DNA of 64,000 nucleotides. It comes from an uncultured bacterium. GTDB lineage: Bacteria > Armatimonadota > UBA5829. The DNA is taken from the NCBI GenBank assembly GCA_963823885.1, contig CAWGNL010000101.1, forward strand, positions 14,444 to 78,443, in the 5' to 3' direction. Position numbers and translations under genes: made by a program. Below are positions 30,401 through 40,640 of the stretch, piece by piece. Under the pieces are notes generated by a model. The model was not told the origin of the DNA. It searched no databases and saw nothing but the letters and a program-made list of their open reading frames with translations. The stretch's first letter is position 1. Every line of letters begins with the position of its first letter.

Positions 30401-32393
30401 GGTGTCGGGAAACACCGAGATGTACACCGGCGCCCTCAGAGTCCTGCCGTCCGTCGATACGTCGTCCGTGATGGCCGCCGCGCCGGGGAGGTAGGTGTTG
30501 AACGGCGGGAACCATGTAGTGTCCGAGAAGGAGGAGTAGTCGTAATTCCCACTGAAGCTGTATCCAATGAGATTAGCGCCGTACATGTCAAACGTATTCG
30601 TGGCCCAGTCCAACGTCCCCCCGACGTAGATGTCGCCTATTATTCCGGTCCCGGCGAGCGCGTCGACGAAATCCTCCCCATACGGCCTCGAGAAGTTGCC
30701 CGGGTCGGGGCACTGCTCCAGCACCCAGTTTCCCGTCGAGTCCAGCGCCGCCCGGCCAGCGGAATCCGACGCGACGGACCGCGATATGAGGGCCATTACG
30801 TCCGTCGGGCGGCCCGCCGAATCGGCAGGCTGTGAAAACGCATCCAGCCTTGTGGCGAGATACCGTAAGCGCCAGTGCATCGTGGGCGGGGTGAACTCCT
30901 GCCCCCAGGTAGCCGCGCCCGTGGAGTCGAGCGTGCCGGGCTGGATATGCGAGCCGCTGACGTACGCCAGATTCGGACCCGCCGGCCCAGGCGGCGGATG
31001 CCGCCGCTCCCGCCGGTCCCGAAGAATTGCTCGTCCACGCGCCGTTGTTATATATCCAGAGGGTTTGTCCGCCGCGGGCTATCGCCAGATGCGCGGCGTC
31101 ATACACAGCCAGGTCGACCGCGCCGGTCGGCGAGCCCTGGGGGACTGCCCAGTTCGTGCCGTCAGTAGTTTGCAGTATGCTGCCGTTCGGCCCGATTGCC
31201 CAGCCCGCGCTATCCTGCATCCAGATTCGGCGGGCAGCGCCACCGGTATATTGAGTCTGTCCAGCTTGTTCCGGCGTTCGTGCTGTGGTATATCCCGCCG
31301 CTGCCGGAGACCCAAACGGATGCGGAATCGGCGGCAGCGACGTACGCCGGGGTAAAGCCTGACGGCAAGGACCCCGTCGGGCCGCTCATGTTATCCGAAC
31401 GCCACAGGCCGTAGGAGTAGGTGCTGCTTGACAGCGGGGTCGCCACGACCGCCCACCAGTCTCCCGAGGTATCGTATGTCGAAAGACTCAAGAAAGACCG
31501 GGGGATGCCCGATGGCGATCCCGGCAGCGATTCGGGAACCCACGTTTGCCCGGCATTTTGGGTCTCGAGGTAGCTGCCCAACGCCGTGCATGCGATGGCT
31601 GTATTTGCGTCTATCACGTAAATGTCACTGACCTGGCTGTAAATAAAGCCCTTGTTGGGGTCCAGCACCGGCTCCCAGTCCCACGCGCCACTGGAACAGA
31701 CGCCGCAATAAAGGATTCCCAAACCACCCGCCGCCACAGCGTGAGTGTCGTCGAACATCCTGGTTATTGTGAATCCAGGGGGCGGCCCAGCCACATCGTT
31801 ATAAACGCTTGTCCTGAACACGCCGAAATCCATGGGAACGCCGCCGCCGTCCTGGCTAGCCGGGTTGTAATGATTGTTGATGCCTATCCCAATCGGCATC
31901 ACGCCCCAACTCTTGTTGGTGTCGACGCTGAGCGGATTAGACGCCGATGCATCTGAAAACAGGAGGCTCAGAACGGCATCGACGCTCGATGTTCTTTCGG
32001 AACTTGACACCATCAGAGGAATTCCGTAACACAGGACCAGGGCCTTTACATCGTGCGAGGGGTCCGTGACGGAGAAGCCGGGGCGAGAGGAAAGTTGGGA
32101 GAGAAGGCCGGGATGGCCGTTGTAGTCGTTGAGGATGTGGTGGAAGAGGTCGTCGGGCGATGTGGATTCGCCGGGAAACGGCCAGTAGACGCCGATCTCT
32201 TGAGAAGGATTCAGGCCCCTGGCCGCCACGTACGCATCGCACACTGCCTTGCTTGTCGACCAATCTGGTACAGATCGGTAGGGCCAGCACAGTTGTAGAT
32301 GACCGCTACGTCTCCCGGGAGCAGGGAGGCCAATGTCGGTCCGCTGAATGTCGCCAACAGGACCGGGATCAGCGCAAGGCGGAGCGACCCGAC
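27466..32393 (-). CDS. Very large secreted protein (TIGR03790-like module with BNR/Ycf48-like insert, then Ig-like/beta-rich domains); four or more frame breaks
   Basis: Four same-strand ORF-track fragments abut: 31210..32244, 30588..31220, 29174..30880 and 27466..29730. Content: signal peptide SLRLALIPVLLATFSGPTLA + VAVIYN.../SKAVCDAYVAARGL, BNR-like STNAGTSWT and TTDGTNWAV, then NVAEPYAGAI...VGDPMMAPF, then tandem Ig-like units. Frame changes lie near 32263, 31255, 30985 and 29735. The start is unresolved because the frame is continuous with the upstream PEP-CTERM gene. Confidence 0.55.
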
Positions 32394-32963
32394 CCTCCTC
32401 GACGCGCAGAACCCCACCGCTAGGATGCCAACGAGGAGGACTGCGATGCCAGACGGCTCCGGGACGACGGTCACGAGAAAGTAGTAACTGGGGCTGACGG
32501 TGGCCTGAAAAATGCCCAGGGACCCCCCTCCCTGCGCCCCGCCTTCCATTTGAGACCAGATACAGACGGGATCGCCCTCGGAGGGAGCGCTCCAGAGGCT
32601 CGCGTGCATCTGCGACGGGTCGTAGTCTGTGTAGCAGGCGAAGCTCATCACGGCGTTGGTGAACCCACCGCCGAACGTAAACGGCAGGGCCAAGCTGTCC
32701 GCGCTGCTTGCTGCAGTGGTGCTGGGGACCGTCACTATCCGCGCTTCGTTGTCAGGCGAGGTGGGGTCCGTTACTTGGAACGGGCCGTACGTGCCCACGA
32801 GCGAGGTGAAGTGACCGTCGAGGATGTCCGGTCCGTTGAGGAACGACAGTTGGACTCCGAATATGTCGACGTACCACCCGGCCTGTAGCGTGGCCGAGTT
32901 TGCTGCTGTCTGGAGGCCGATCATCGGCATGGCCGCCAGCAAAATGCACATTACTTTTTTCAT
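32394..32963 (-). CDS. PEP-CTERM protein, tandem paralogue 3 (no stop codon before the next gene)
   Basis: Start is MKKVMCILLAAMPMIGLQ (ATG complement 32961-32963, overlapping the upstream stop as ATGA). The C-terminus is VPEPSGIAVLLVGILAVGFCASRR. The frame then runs on into the signal peptide of the downstream protein (ORF-track end 32211). Confidence 0.75.
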
Positions 32964-33577
32964 CTTAGTTTCTCTCCTCTTGCCTGTAGTGTTGTGTCTG
33001 CGTAAGTCGTGCCGCTGGCCATGCAGAAGCCCGCAGCGCAAAGTCCCACAATGAGGGCGGCCATGCTCGACGGCTCCGGGACCACAGTGACCAGAAAGTA
33101 GTAATCAGGGCTGACGAGCGATTGGAAGATGTTCGGGTCGCCCGCCTGCGCCCCGCTCTGCATTTGCGACCAGATGCATACGGGTCCGCTTCCTGACGGA
33201 GCGCTCCACAGGCTCAGGTACATCTGAGAGGGGTCGTAGTCTGTCTGCCAGCTAACCTGCATGACAGCGTTGGTGAACCCACCGCCGAACGTAAACGGCA
33301 GGGCCAAGCTGTCCGCGCTGCTTGCTGCAGTGGTGCTGGGGACGGTAACAAATCGCGAGTAGTTCTTGATTGATCCGGGGTCGGTCACTTGGAACGGACT
33401 GTACGTGCCCGGAGGCGTGGAGAACTGGCCGTCGATGAGCGCCGGTCCGTCGAGAAACGACAGTTCCGCCCCGTATATGTTCACATACCACCCGGCCTGC
33501 AGCGTGGCCGAGTTCGCTGCTGCCTGGAGGCCGATCATCGGCATGGCCGCCAGCAAAATGCACATTACTTTTTTCAT
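32960..33577 (-). CDS. PEP-CTERM protein, tandem paralogue 2
   Basis: Runs from MKKVMCILLAAMPMIGLQAAANSATLQAGWYV... to VPEPSSMAALIVGLCAAGFCMASGTTYADTTLQARGEKLR. Both gene junctions are ATGA start/stop overlaps. Confidence 0.85.
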   Translation of the reverse strand: MKKVMCILLAAMPMIGLQAAANSATLQAGWYVNIYGAELSFLDGPALIDGQFSTPPGTYSPFQVTDPGSIKNYSRFVTVPSTTAASSADSLALPFTFGGGFTNAVMQVSWQTDYDPSQMYLSLWSAPSGSGPVCIWSQMQSGAQAGDPNIFQSLVSPDYYFLVTVVPEPSSMAALIVGLCAAGFCMASGTTYADTTLQARGEKLR

Positions 33578-34200
33578 CTTAGTTTCTCTCCTCTTGCCTG
33601 TAGTGTTGTGTCTGCGTAAGTCGTGCCGCTGGCCATGCAGAAGCCCGCAGCGCAAAGTCCCACAAGCATCCCCCAGAAGCCGGAGGGTTCGGGCACGACG
33701 GTGACTTCAAAGTAATAATTGGAGGAAGTCAGGGGATCGAGCACGGCGGTGTCCGCTCCCTGACTTCCGCTCTGAGTCTGCGACCAGATGCAGGCCGGGC
33801 CGCTCCCGTAGGGCTGCTTCCACAAGCTCAATTGCATCTGTGAAGCATCGTAGCTGCTTCCCCACCCGAACTCGATGAGGGCGTTCGTCAGACCCGCAGT
33901 CGTCGCGAGGGGGAGGGTAAGGCTGTCGGCGGGCCCTGCCTGCACTGTGGCGGGCACCGTGACGTAGCGCTCAATGTCGCTGTAATAGCCGCCCCCATCC
34001 GATACGAGGAACGGCCCAACCTGTCCTGTCGCGCCAGTGAAGTTGCCGTCGTAGAGCGTCAGTTGGCCGTTCTCATAGCACTCGGCCTCGACTCCGCCTA
34101 TGTTCACATACCACCCGGCCTGCAGCGTGGCCGAGTTCGCTGCTGCCTGGAGGCCGATCATCGCGATGGCCGCCAGCAGAACGCACATTACTTTTTTCAT
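33574..34200 (-). CDS. PEP-CTERM protein, tandem paralogue 1
   Basis: 208 aa, from MKKVMCVLLAAIAMIGLQAAANSATLQAGWYV... to VPEPSGFWGMLVGLCAAGFCMASG... An AGGAGGG RBS lies 8 nt upstream. Confidence 0.85.
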   Translation of the reverse strand: MKKVMCVLLAAIAMIGLQAAANSATLQAGWYVNIGGVEAECYENGQLTLYDGNFTGATGQVGPFLVSDGGGYYSDIERYVTVPATVQAGPADSLTLPLATTAGLTNALIEFGWGSSYDASQMQLSLWKQPYGSGPACIWSQTQSGSQGADTAVLDPLTSSNYYFEVTVVPEPSGFWGMLVGLCAAGFCMASGTTYADTTLQARGEKLR

Positions 34201-34274
34201 CTTGTTTTCCCTCCTATTGTTGTGTTGGTGTTGTAGGATGTCTTTCTCATTGTCTTGCTCCTTCTAAAGATCAC

Positions 34275-34290
34275 TGCATATGTCATGCCA
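34275..34290 (-). promoter_or_regulatory. Candidate sigma54 (-24/-12) promoter TGGCATGACATATGCA
   Basis: The reverse strand reads TTTTGGCATGACATATGCAGT. GG and GC have the canonical spacing, and there are 2 mismatches to TGGCAC-N5-TTGCA. It lies ~75 nt upstream of the first of three PEP-CTERM genes. Confidence 0.5.
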
Positions 34291-34385
34291 AAACGTCCGT
34301 TATCTCGTATATCACCTCCTTAAATTCGTATCACCCGCGCGGGTTGCCGCAGCCGCTCGACCTAACGCTCCGCCGGCAGTCGCGT

Positions 34386-34444
34386 CTTGGGTTCGTTTCG
34401 TAAAATCATTTCCATCCGTCGTGGCTTGGGTTCGTTTCGTAAAA
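34386..34444. promoter_or_regulatory. Two perfect 20-bp direct repeats (CTTGGGTTCGTTTCGTAAAA), possible activator binding sites
   Basis: Copies at 34386-34405 and 34425-34444 are 39 bp apart start to start. They lie ~95-170 bp upstream of the sigma54-like element. Confidence 0.35.
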
Positions 34445-34479
34445 ACGATAAATGCCACCGGTCGGCGGGATCCCCCGGA

Positions 34480-35003
34480 TCATCGCTCCTCCACATCGGA
34501 GGACACCTGCACGTCCAAGACCATCGGAGGAGGCACCGCCTCCCCCCCGCGCGCTGCCTGCAAGCGCTGAAGCTCATGCCATGCCTTGTACATTGCCCGA
34601 TAGATTGTCGTCTCATACCTGGAGAGCTTGCTAAACGAATTCGGGCCATCGCTGTCCGCGAGGAAAACCATCCCCACATCGCCGCCTCCGGTCAGGGATC
34701 GCGGAGTCCCGCTTCAAACGTGCCTTTTTCGACGGCACGAATCCTGCGAAGCCGCCATCTCGAGGTGATAATAGTCTCCGCGAACATCTCTTCACTCTCT
34801 CCCACAGGATGCAGGCTTGCGCGCATCCGCTGTTCCATGCGGGCAAACTCCACGCTGTCTTCAGTTTCGAGAACGGCCTGGGATGACAGAATCCCGTGCT
34901 TAAGAGAGTTCCTGGCCGCTATTTGTTTTCCAGTTTGGGTTATCGGCCCAATCGATAATCCGCCGTTTCGTCGACTAGCCTCAATCTTTTTCAGCGTTGA
35001 CAT
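34480..35003 (-). CDS. Hypothetical protein; one frame break (~34685)
   Basis: ORFs 34692..35036 and 34480..34677 join. Start is MSTLKKIEASRRNGGLSIGPITQTGKQIAARNSLKHGILS, with GGAGG 5 nt upstream of ATG 35003. I did not recognise a family. Confidence 0.5.
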
Positions 35004-35202
35004 GATTACCTCCCTAACGCGGCGTGGCCGCAACAAAACTTAGCTCAGAGCCGGCGTCATTTGCCGCGGGTCGGCTGGGGGTAAGCGCCGCCATCGACAA
35101 TCAGCCTGCCTGCATTATACCCGCGGTTTTGCCAATAGTCAATGGCTTGTTATGCCGATGGATTATTGCCGCATTCGCTATCGATGTGTAGACTCTGGTG
35201 TA

Positions 35203-35571
35203 ATGAGCCGACCGCACTCGGAGATAAGACCCGCTCTGGCGAACCTCGCCAGGCGAATAAAGGAACGCAGGAGCATCCTGGGACTTTCCCAGGAGAGACT
35301 GGCTGAACTCGCCGGCCTGAGCGTCAACTTTCTTGCACAAATAGAGATCGGAGAGAAGACACCCTCGATGAGGACTCTAGTGCGCCTGGCGCGGGCGCTG
35401 GAAGTTCCGGTTCATAAGCTGCTGGAGGAAGATACCGGCGGCAAGTGGCTGGACGAGGGGAAAAGTATCCTGGTGGGGCTGGAGGGCCTAAAGGAAACCG
35501 ACGCGATGTTCGCGCTGGGCTTGTTCCGCAGTACCGTCGAGCACCTTAAGGGCAAGCATCGCAGCCGCTGA
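35203..35571 (+). CDS. XRE-family helix-turn-helix transcriptional regulator
   Basis: IKERRSILGLSQERLAELAGLSVNFLAQIEIGEKTPSMRTLVRLARALEV is a classical Cro/C1 HTH. It is divergent from the hypothetical gene above. Confidence 0.8.
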   Translation: MSRPHSEIRPALANLARRIKERRSILGLSQERLAELAGLSVNFLAQIEIGEKTPSMRTLVRLARALEVPVHKLLEEDTGGKWLDEGKSILVGLEGLKETDAMFALGLFRSTVEHLKGKHRSR

Positions 35572-36266
35572 CCGGATCCGCCAAATTCGGCACGCCGTGC
35601 AATTTGCACAGGATTTCCAACTGCCGGGCGCCAAACCAGCAGCACGCCCGGCCCGCTTCGGAAATCCGGCCAGATGGTGGGCGGTGATTCGGAAGTCGCA
35701 ACCCAGGTAACTCTCGCGGCGGAAGGCGCCATGCGTGCAGCGGGAACTCGAAGGACTCATCCCAGGCATTGCCTCGAACTGTCGTTCCCGCCGCACAGTG
35801 GGCTTGTCGTTCCGGCGCATAGGTGGGTTGTACTCACGAACAGTGAGCACTTACCTACACATGTGTTTTTCGCGTTTTCCTTATTTCGCGCTTTCGCGAT
35901 TAGGTCCCTTCCGTCGCGTTGCAAATCAGGAGCTTGCTCAGAGCGTGTAAAGATAATGGGGTTTCACCCCAGACCCCACCAAAGGCTTCGCCTCTGGACT
36001 CCACCAGGAGCCAGTGGCCCCTGGACCCCCGACTCTTTTGTTCTTATTTTTGGGAGTTTTCCTCTATGTCCCCCCGCGGTGGGGTGGTCTTCGGTCAGAG
36101 GCTGACTCCCGGGGGACGTAGAGGAAAACTCCTACGGGTAGAAGCAAAAACCGGGAAGGTCAAGGAAACACCTGTTTCCTTGCGGGGTGCAGGGGCAGAG
36201 CCCTTGCCGGGAGTATGAGGGCGGAGCCCTCATATTTCTTTACACGTTCTCAGTGGCGCTACTCGT

Positions 36267-36930
36267 CTACTCCGGCTCGGTCTGGCGCTTGATCTTCTGC
36301 TTCTCCCCGATCTTGCCCGCCAGCACGGGCGCGTCGACGAACGCATAGATCTGAATGAACACGGAGGCGCAGCCGAAGATGATGGCGGGGGCGTTCATCT
36401 CTCGAAGAAAAACGAACGGACGCTGGCCCATCGGGTAGGCCGTGACATCCGGGCAGAAAATGTAAAACATCAGCCAGCAGACCAGGCATCCCACGAACAT
36501 CCAAATCCCCTTGACCAACTGCCCGCAGTAAACATGCCCCGAAACCGGGAGCCACCGAAAGAAGCGCGGCCACGACGGGGTTTCGTTCGGGAGTGGATGC
36601 GCGCTTACCCGGATTCTCCAGCATTTCCCTCAAGAGAGCCTGTTGACGCACGCCCTCCGCTATCTGGAGCGTGGCCTTGGCGAACTTCTCTTCGGCTGAG
36701 GTTCGCGTGGGGTCCTCGGTGTAAATTCTCTTGTACTCTTCGGCGGCCGCCTCCAGCTTGCCGTTGGCGAAGAGCATATCCGCGGCAAACTCATGGGCAT
36801 CGAGATCGTCCGGCGCGATATCGAGGACCTGGCGAATGGCACGGGTGGCCTCGACATAATCACCACGCATCCGGTTGACGCGCGCCGCGGTCATCAATCT
36901 GTCAAACTCAGCTTGTTCGCGAATGTCCAT
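36267..36930 (-). CDS. TPR-repeat protein with C-terminal membrane segment pair; one frame break (~36525)
   Basis: The N-terminal TPR-like helices are in ORF 36259..36930. The hydrophobic C-terminus (VKGIWMFVGCLVCWLMFYIF...AIIFGCASVFIQIYAFV) is in ORF 36267..36518. Confidence 0.55.
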
Positions 36931-36999
36931 AGCAGTCTTAGGGGCTAGCCCCTAGCCCCCAGTCTCTCCGCGGTTTCTGTCCAAAGAGACTCGATATCG

Positions 37000-37290
37000 T
37001 CAGTACTCGCGCTCCTGGGGATCGAATATGTGTACCACGACATCGCCGTAGTCCACCAGCACCCACCGGGCCTGCGCGTACCCTTCGGCATGGTCCTTGC
37101 GCAAGCCCTCTTTCTTTCCATCCAGCAGCAGGGCGTCCGCGAGAGCCTTGATGTGCGTGTTGGATGTACCGCTGGCGATCACGAAGTAGTCCGCAATCAG
37201 CGTGCGGCCTCGAAGGTCGATGACATCAACATCGAGGCGCCTTCTTTTCCACGAGGATATTGCGTATTATTTCGAGCTTCGATTCAGTTT
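37000..37290 (-). CDS. rsfS: Ribosomal silencing factor RsfS (iojap-like); apparent frame break near 37243 and no clear start codon
   Basis: DVIDLRGRTLIADYFVIASGTSNTHIKALADALLLDGKKEGLRKDHAEGYAQARWVLVDYGDVVVHIFDPQEREY is typical RsfS. The expected N-terminal helix (LEIIRNILVEKKA) sits in another frame. Confidence 0.65.
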
Positions 37291-37444
37291 CTATACTTTA
37301 CTCCCGGTAAAACAGGTGTTAGGTGCTGGGTGTTGGAAGGGACCGCCCCCCTTCCTAAAGCGGCGCAGCCGCAACCAAAAGGGCTATCGCCGGAAAATCA
37401 ATACAGCCTTTGCGCAATTCGGAAGGTCGGTGGTTTCCTCTTAG

Positions 37445-37761
37445 GAGCTCGAGCGCCCTCCCAGAAACAATTTGTTGTCGCTAAGGCGGATTCGACGGCG
37501 CACCGCCTTTGGGTTTTCCGCTTTATGGTTGTTAAGGGATGGCCGATGAGCTATACTTGCTTTGCCTGGGCGGAGGGTAGGGCAACGCTGGGGAGCTCTC
37601 CCGAGCCGACTCAGGTGTTGTTCAAGGGATGGGGGTGGAAATCTCCGCCCCCTCCAAATCATCCCTTAACAACCGAAAAGCGAAAAACCCGACCGCCTGC
37701 CTTGGTCAACTGCCACCGTAAGGTGGCCACTTTTCCCCAGCGAAGTCTGGAGAAAAGCGTA
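37445..37761 (+). repeat. 317-bp highly structured non-coding element, copy 1 (inserted into another repeat)
   Basis: Boundaries come from comparison with the uninterrupted host repeat at 54044-54210. Internal long helix: GGGTTTTCCGCTTTATGGTTGTTAAGGGATG ... CATCCCTTAACAACCGAAAAGCGAAAAACCC. It also has a GNRA-capped hairpin GCCACC-GTAA-GGTGGC. An inverted copy lies at 42708-43026. Confidence 0.75.
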
Positions 37762-37850
37762 GTATCTTACAACTGAAATCCGGGGTGGCCTTTGAAGTTC
37801 AGTACAGCTTGTATAGGATTTCAGTTGTAAGATACTAACACCCAATGCTG

Positions 37851-39098
37851 CTATTCGCTATAGTTTCTGCCCACGATCACCGTCACGTCGGCTGCGCCTG
37901 GCGCGTGCGGGACGTCTTCCCTGATATCGTCGCACTTGAGAAGCTTGGCTATCCGCTGCACGGGCTCCGTCTTGCCCTTGTGCGTGATGATGCAGCTTTG
38001 GTCATATTTGAAGTTCGGCGCGTTGCTGGTGCGCGTGACCTCGAAGCCGGCCTTCTTGAGCTGGTCCGCGACCTTATTGGCCATCCCGACAACCCCGCTG
38101 CCGTTCAGGACTTCCACCTTGGCGGAGTCCCCTCCGACGCTGCCCTGGAAAAGCAGATAAGTATTGGCCACCTGAGCTATCTGCTCATAGTCGGGAAGCC
38201 AGTAGCTGGCGTCGTTCTTTCTGCCGGAGCCGCCGGGAAGCAAGACCATCGCTATCTGCTCCGGCTTGATATCCTTGAAATAATCCGCCATTCCCGCCCA
38301 GTCGGACATTTGCATGTCGGAGTATAGGTATTTGCAATCGTAGGCCGTTGCGAGCACCTGCATCCGTTCTCGCTTTGTCGGCATGCTCAGCACGCGGTTT
38401 GCCAAGGCCCGCATGAATACTGCTGGCGAATGGTCCGGCCCGCGGGCACTTTCTTGCCACCCACCATCCTGAACCCGCTGTCGCCGATGCCGGATCGTGC
38501 CGGAACCGCACGTAACCTTCGGCCTGAACTCCGTTCAGGAGCTGCTTTTGGGGGCCGGCATGCGATTTATGTACAGGTCCTGATGGCGGTCCGAGTAGCG
38601 CATATCTTCGTCGACCACAATATATACGCCGCCGACCAGGTCCACCATGCCCCTCAGGCCGGAGCACGTCATATCGACATAATAGTCGATGGGCACGCCC
38701 ACCAGGTCCTGCACTACCTGCTCCGCAAGCTTCGGGCCGCCGATGGCGTTTGCCGCGTTGATTTTGTGCGTCCCGTGACCGGGTATCTCTACCCGGGTGT
38801 CGCGGGGGATGGAAATAGCTCGCACCTCCCTGGTCTGCGTGTCTATCCCGAACAACACGAGGCTGTCCGAAAGGCCGTGTCCGCCATGCTTAGCCCCCGC
38901 GGAGTTGTCCTCGCCAACCATCAGGATTCTGACGTATCTTCCCTTGCCTTGGAACGGCGCGGCGAACAACCCGCCCCAGCCGGTGTGCAAGCTGGTCATG
39001 GAAGGCAGCATCACGGCAAGAAAAGTCCCGCCCGCAATGCCTACCGCCGAGCCAAGCAGAATCACCAGAATTACGGCTATCCAGGACGTACCTTTCAT
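37851..39098 (-). CDS. LytR-CpsA-Psr (LCP) family protein; three or more frame changes between ~38420 and ~38560
   Basis: The N-terminal anchor and LCP core are in ORF 38535..39098 (MKGTSWIAVILVILLG...ILMVGEDN...LSDSLVLFGIDTQTREVRAISIPRDT...). The segment QLLNGVQAEGYVRFRHD is in a second frame and GDSGFR...RTIRQQ in a third. The LytR_C-like end is in ORF 37851..38414. Confidence 0.75.
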
Positions 39099-40640
39099 CA
39101 GTTTACCTTTCTGTCCAAGCCGAGCGCCGGAGAATTGCCGAGGTACCGGGAATCTTGTTCCCGATACGTGATTAGTTTCGGGGACAGATTCCCGAAATAC
39201 CCAATTACGGCTATCCAGGACGTACCTTTCATCAGTTTACCTTTCTGTCCAAGCCGAGCGCCGGAGAATTTGCCGGTGTATCGGGAATCTTGTTCCCGAT
39301 ACGTGATTAGTTTCGGGAACAAGATTCCCGAAATACCCAATTACGGCTATCCAGGACATTACCTTTCATCAGTTTACCCTTCTGTCCAAGCCGAGCGCCG
39401 GAGAAATTGCCGGTGTATCGGGAATCTTGTTCCCGATACGTGATTAGTTTCGGGAACAAGATTCCCGAAACACCCAAATTACGGCTATCCAGGACGTACC
39501 TTTCATCAGTTTACCTGCCGGTGTATCGGGAATCTTGTTCCCGATACGTGATTAGTTTCGGGAACAAGATTCCCGAAATACCCAATTACGGCTATCCAGG
39601 ACGTACCTTTCATCAGTTTACCTTTCTGTCCAAGCCGAGCGCCGGAGAATTTGCCGGTGTACCGGGAATCTTGTTCCCGATACGTGATTAGTTTCGGGAA
39701 CAAGATTCCCGAAATACCCAATTACGGCTATCCAGGACTTACCTTTCATCAGTTTACCTTTCTGTCCAAGCCGAGCGCCGGAGAATTTGCCGGTGTAACG
39801 GGAATCTTGTTCCCGATACGTGATTAGTTTCGGGGACAAGATTCCCGAAATACCCAATTACGGCTATCCAGGACGTACCCTTTCATCAGTTTACCTTTCT
39901 GTCCAAGCCGAGCGCCGGAGAATTTGCCGGTGTATCGGGAATCTTGTTCCCGATACGTGATTAGTTTCGGGAACAAGATTCCCGAAATACCCAATTACGG
40001 CTATCCAGGACGTACCTTTCATCAGTTTACCCTTCTGTCCAAGCCGAGCGCCGGAGAATTTGCCGGTGTATCGGGAATCTTGTTCCCGATACGTGATTAG
40101 TTTCGGGAACAAGATTTCCCGAAACACCCGAAAAACTCTTCAACGCATTCCGGTATCAGATACCTTTGCCGGTGTATCGGGAATCTTGTTCCCGATACGT
40201 GATTAGTTTCGGGAACAAGATTCCCGAAATACCCAAAATACCCAATTACGGCTATCCAGGACGTACCTTTCATCAGTTTACCCTTCTGTCCAAGCCGAGC
40301 GCCGGAGAATTTGCCGGTGTATCGGGAATCTTGTTCCCGATACGTGATTAGTTTCGGGAACAAGATTCCCGAAACACCCAAATTACGGCTATCCAGGACG
40401 TACCTTTCATCAGTTTACCTGCCGGTGTATCGGGAATCTTGTTCCCGATACGTGATTAGTTTCGGGAACAAGATTCCCGAAATACCCAATTACGGCTATC
40501 CAGGACGTACCTTTCATCAGTTTACCCTTCTGTCCAAGCCGAGCGCCGGAGAATTTGCCGGTGTATCGGGAATCTTGTTCCCGATACGTGATTAGTTTCG
40601 GGAACAAGATTCCCGAAACACCCAAACACCCAAACACCCA
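39099..40640. repeat. 1.5-kb tandem array: 10 units of [double-hairpin palindromic core + duplicated 5' end/upstream region of the LCP gene]
   Basis: CCTTTCAT (complement of the LCP ATG) recurs at 39230, 39367, 39504, 39611, 39747, 39884, 40020, 40271, 40408 and 40515. Units are ~134-137 bp or 107 bp, plus one 251-bp unit. The core is GCCGGTGTATCGGGAATCTTGTTCCCGATACGTGATTAGTTTCGGGAACAAGATTCCCGAAATACCC. Confidence 0.9.

Noticed and set aside
37453-37770. tmRNA (contains GGATTCGACGG, which resembles the tmRNA 5' region)
   Set aside because: It is present in two inverted copies, and one is inserted into another repeat. It has no tRNA-like 3' end with a TTCGA-type T-loop and CCA. It has no tag reading frame ending in a hydrophobic ...LAA-type sequence. 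It behaves as a mobile repeat.
39098-40637. Family of 70-95-aa ORFs on both strands of the array (MGISGILFPKLITYREQDSRYTGKF..., MPVYRESCSRYVISFGNKIPE...)
   Set aside because: They are generated by the repeat periodicity and hairpin symmetry, and the same strings appear on both strands. No independent coding evidence exists apart from the duplicated LCP start, which is discussed in the findings.
39099-40640. CRISPR array (regularly spaced ~25-nt palindromic repeats)
   Set aside because: The sequences between repeats are not unique spacers. They are the same duplicated LCP gene start in every unit. The repeats come as complementary hairpin pairs identical to the core of a dispersed MITE family. 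No cas genes or leader are present.
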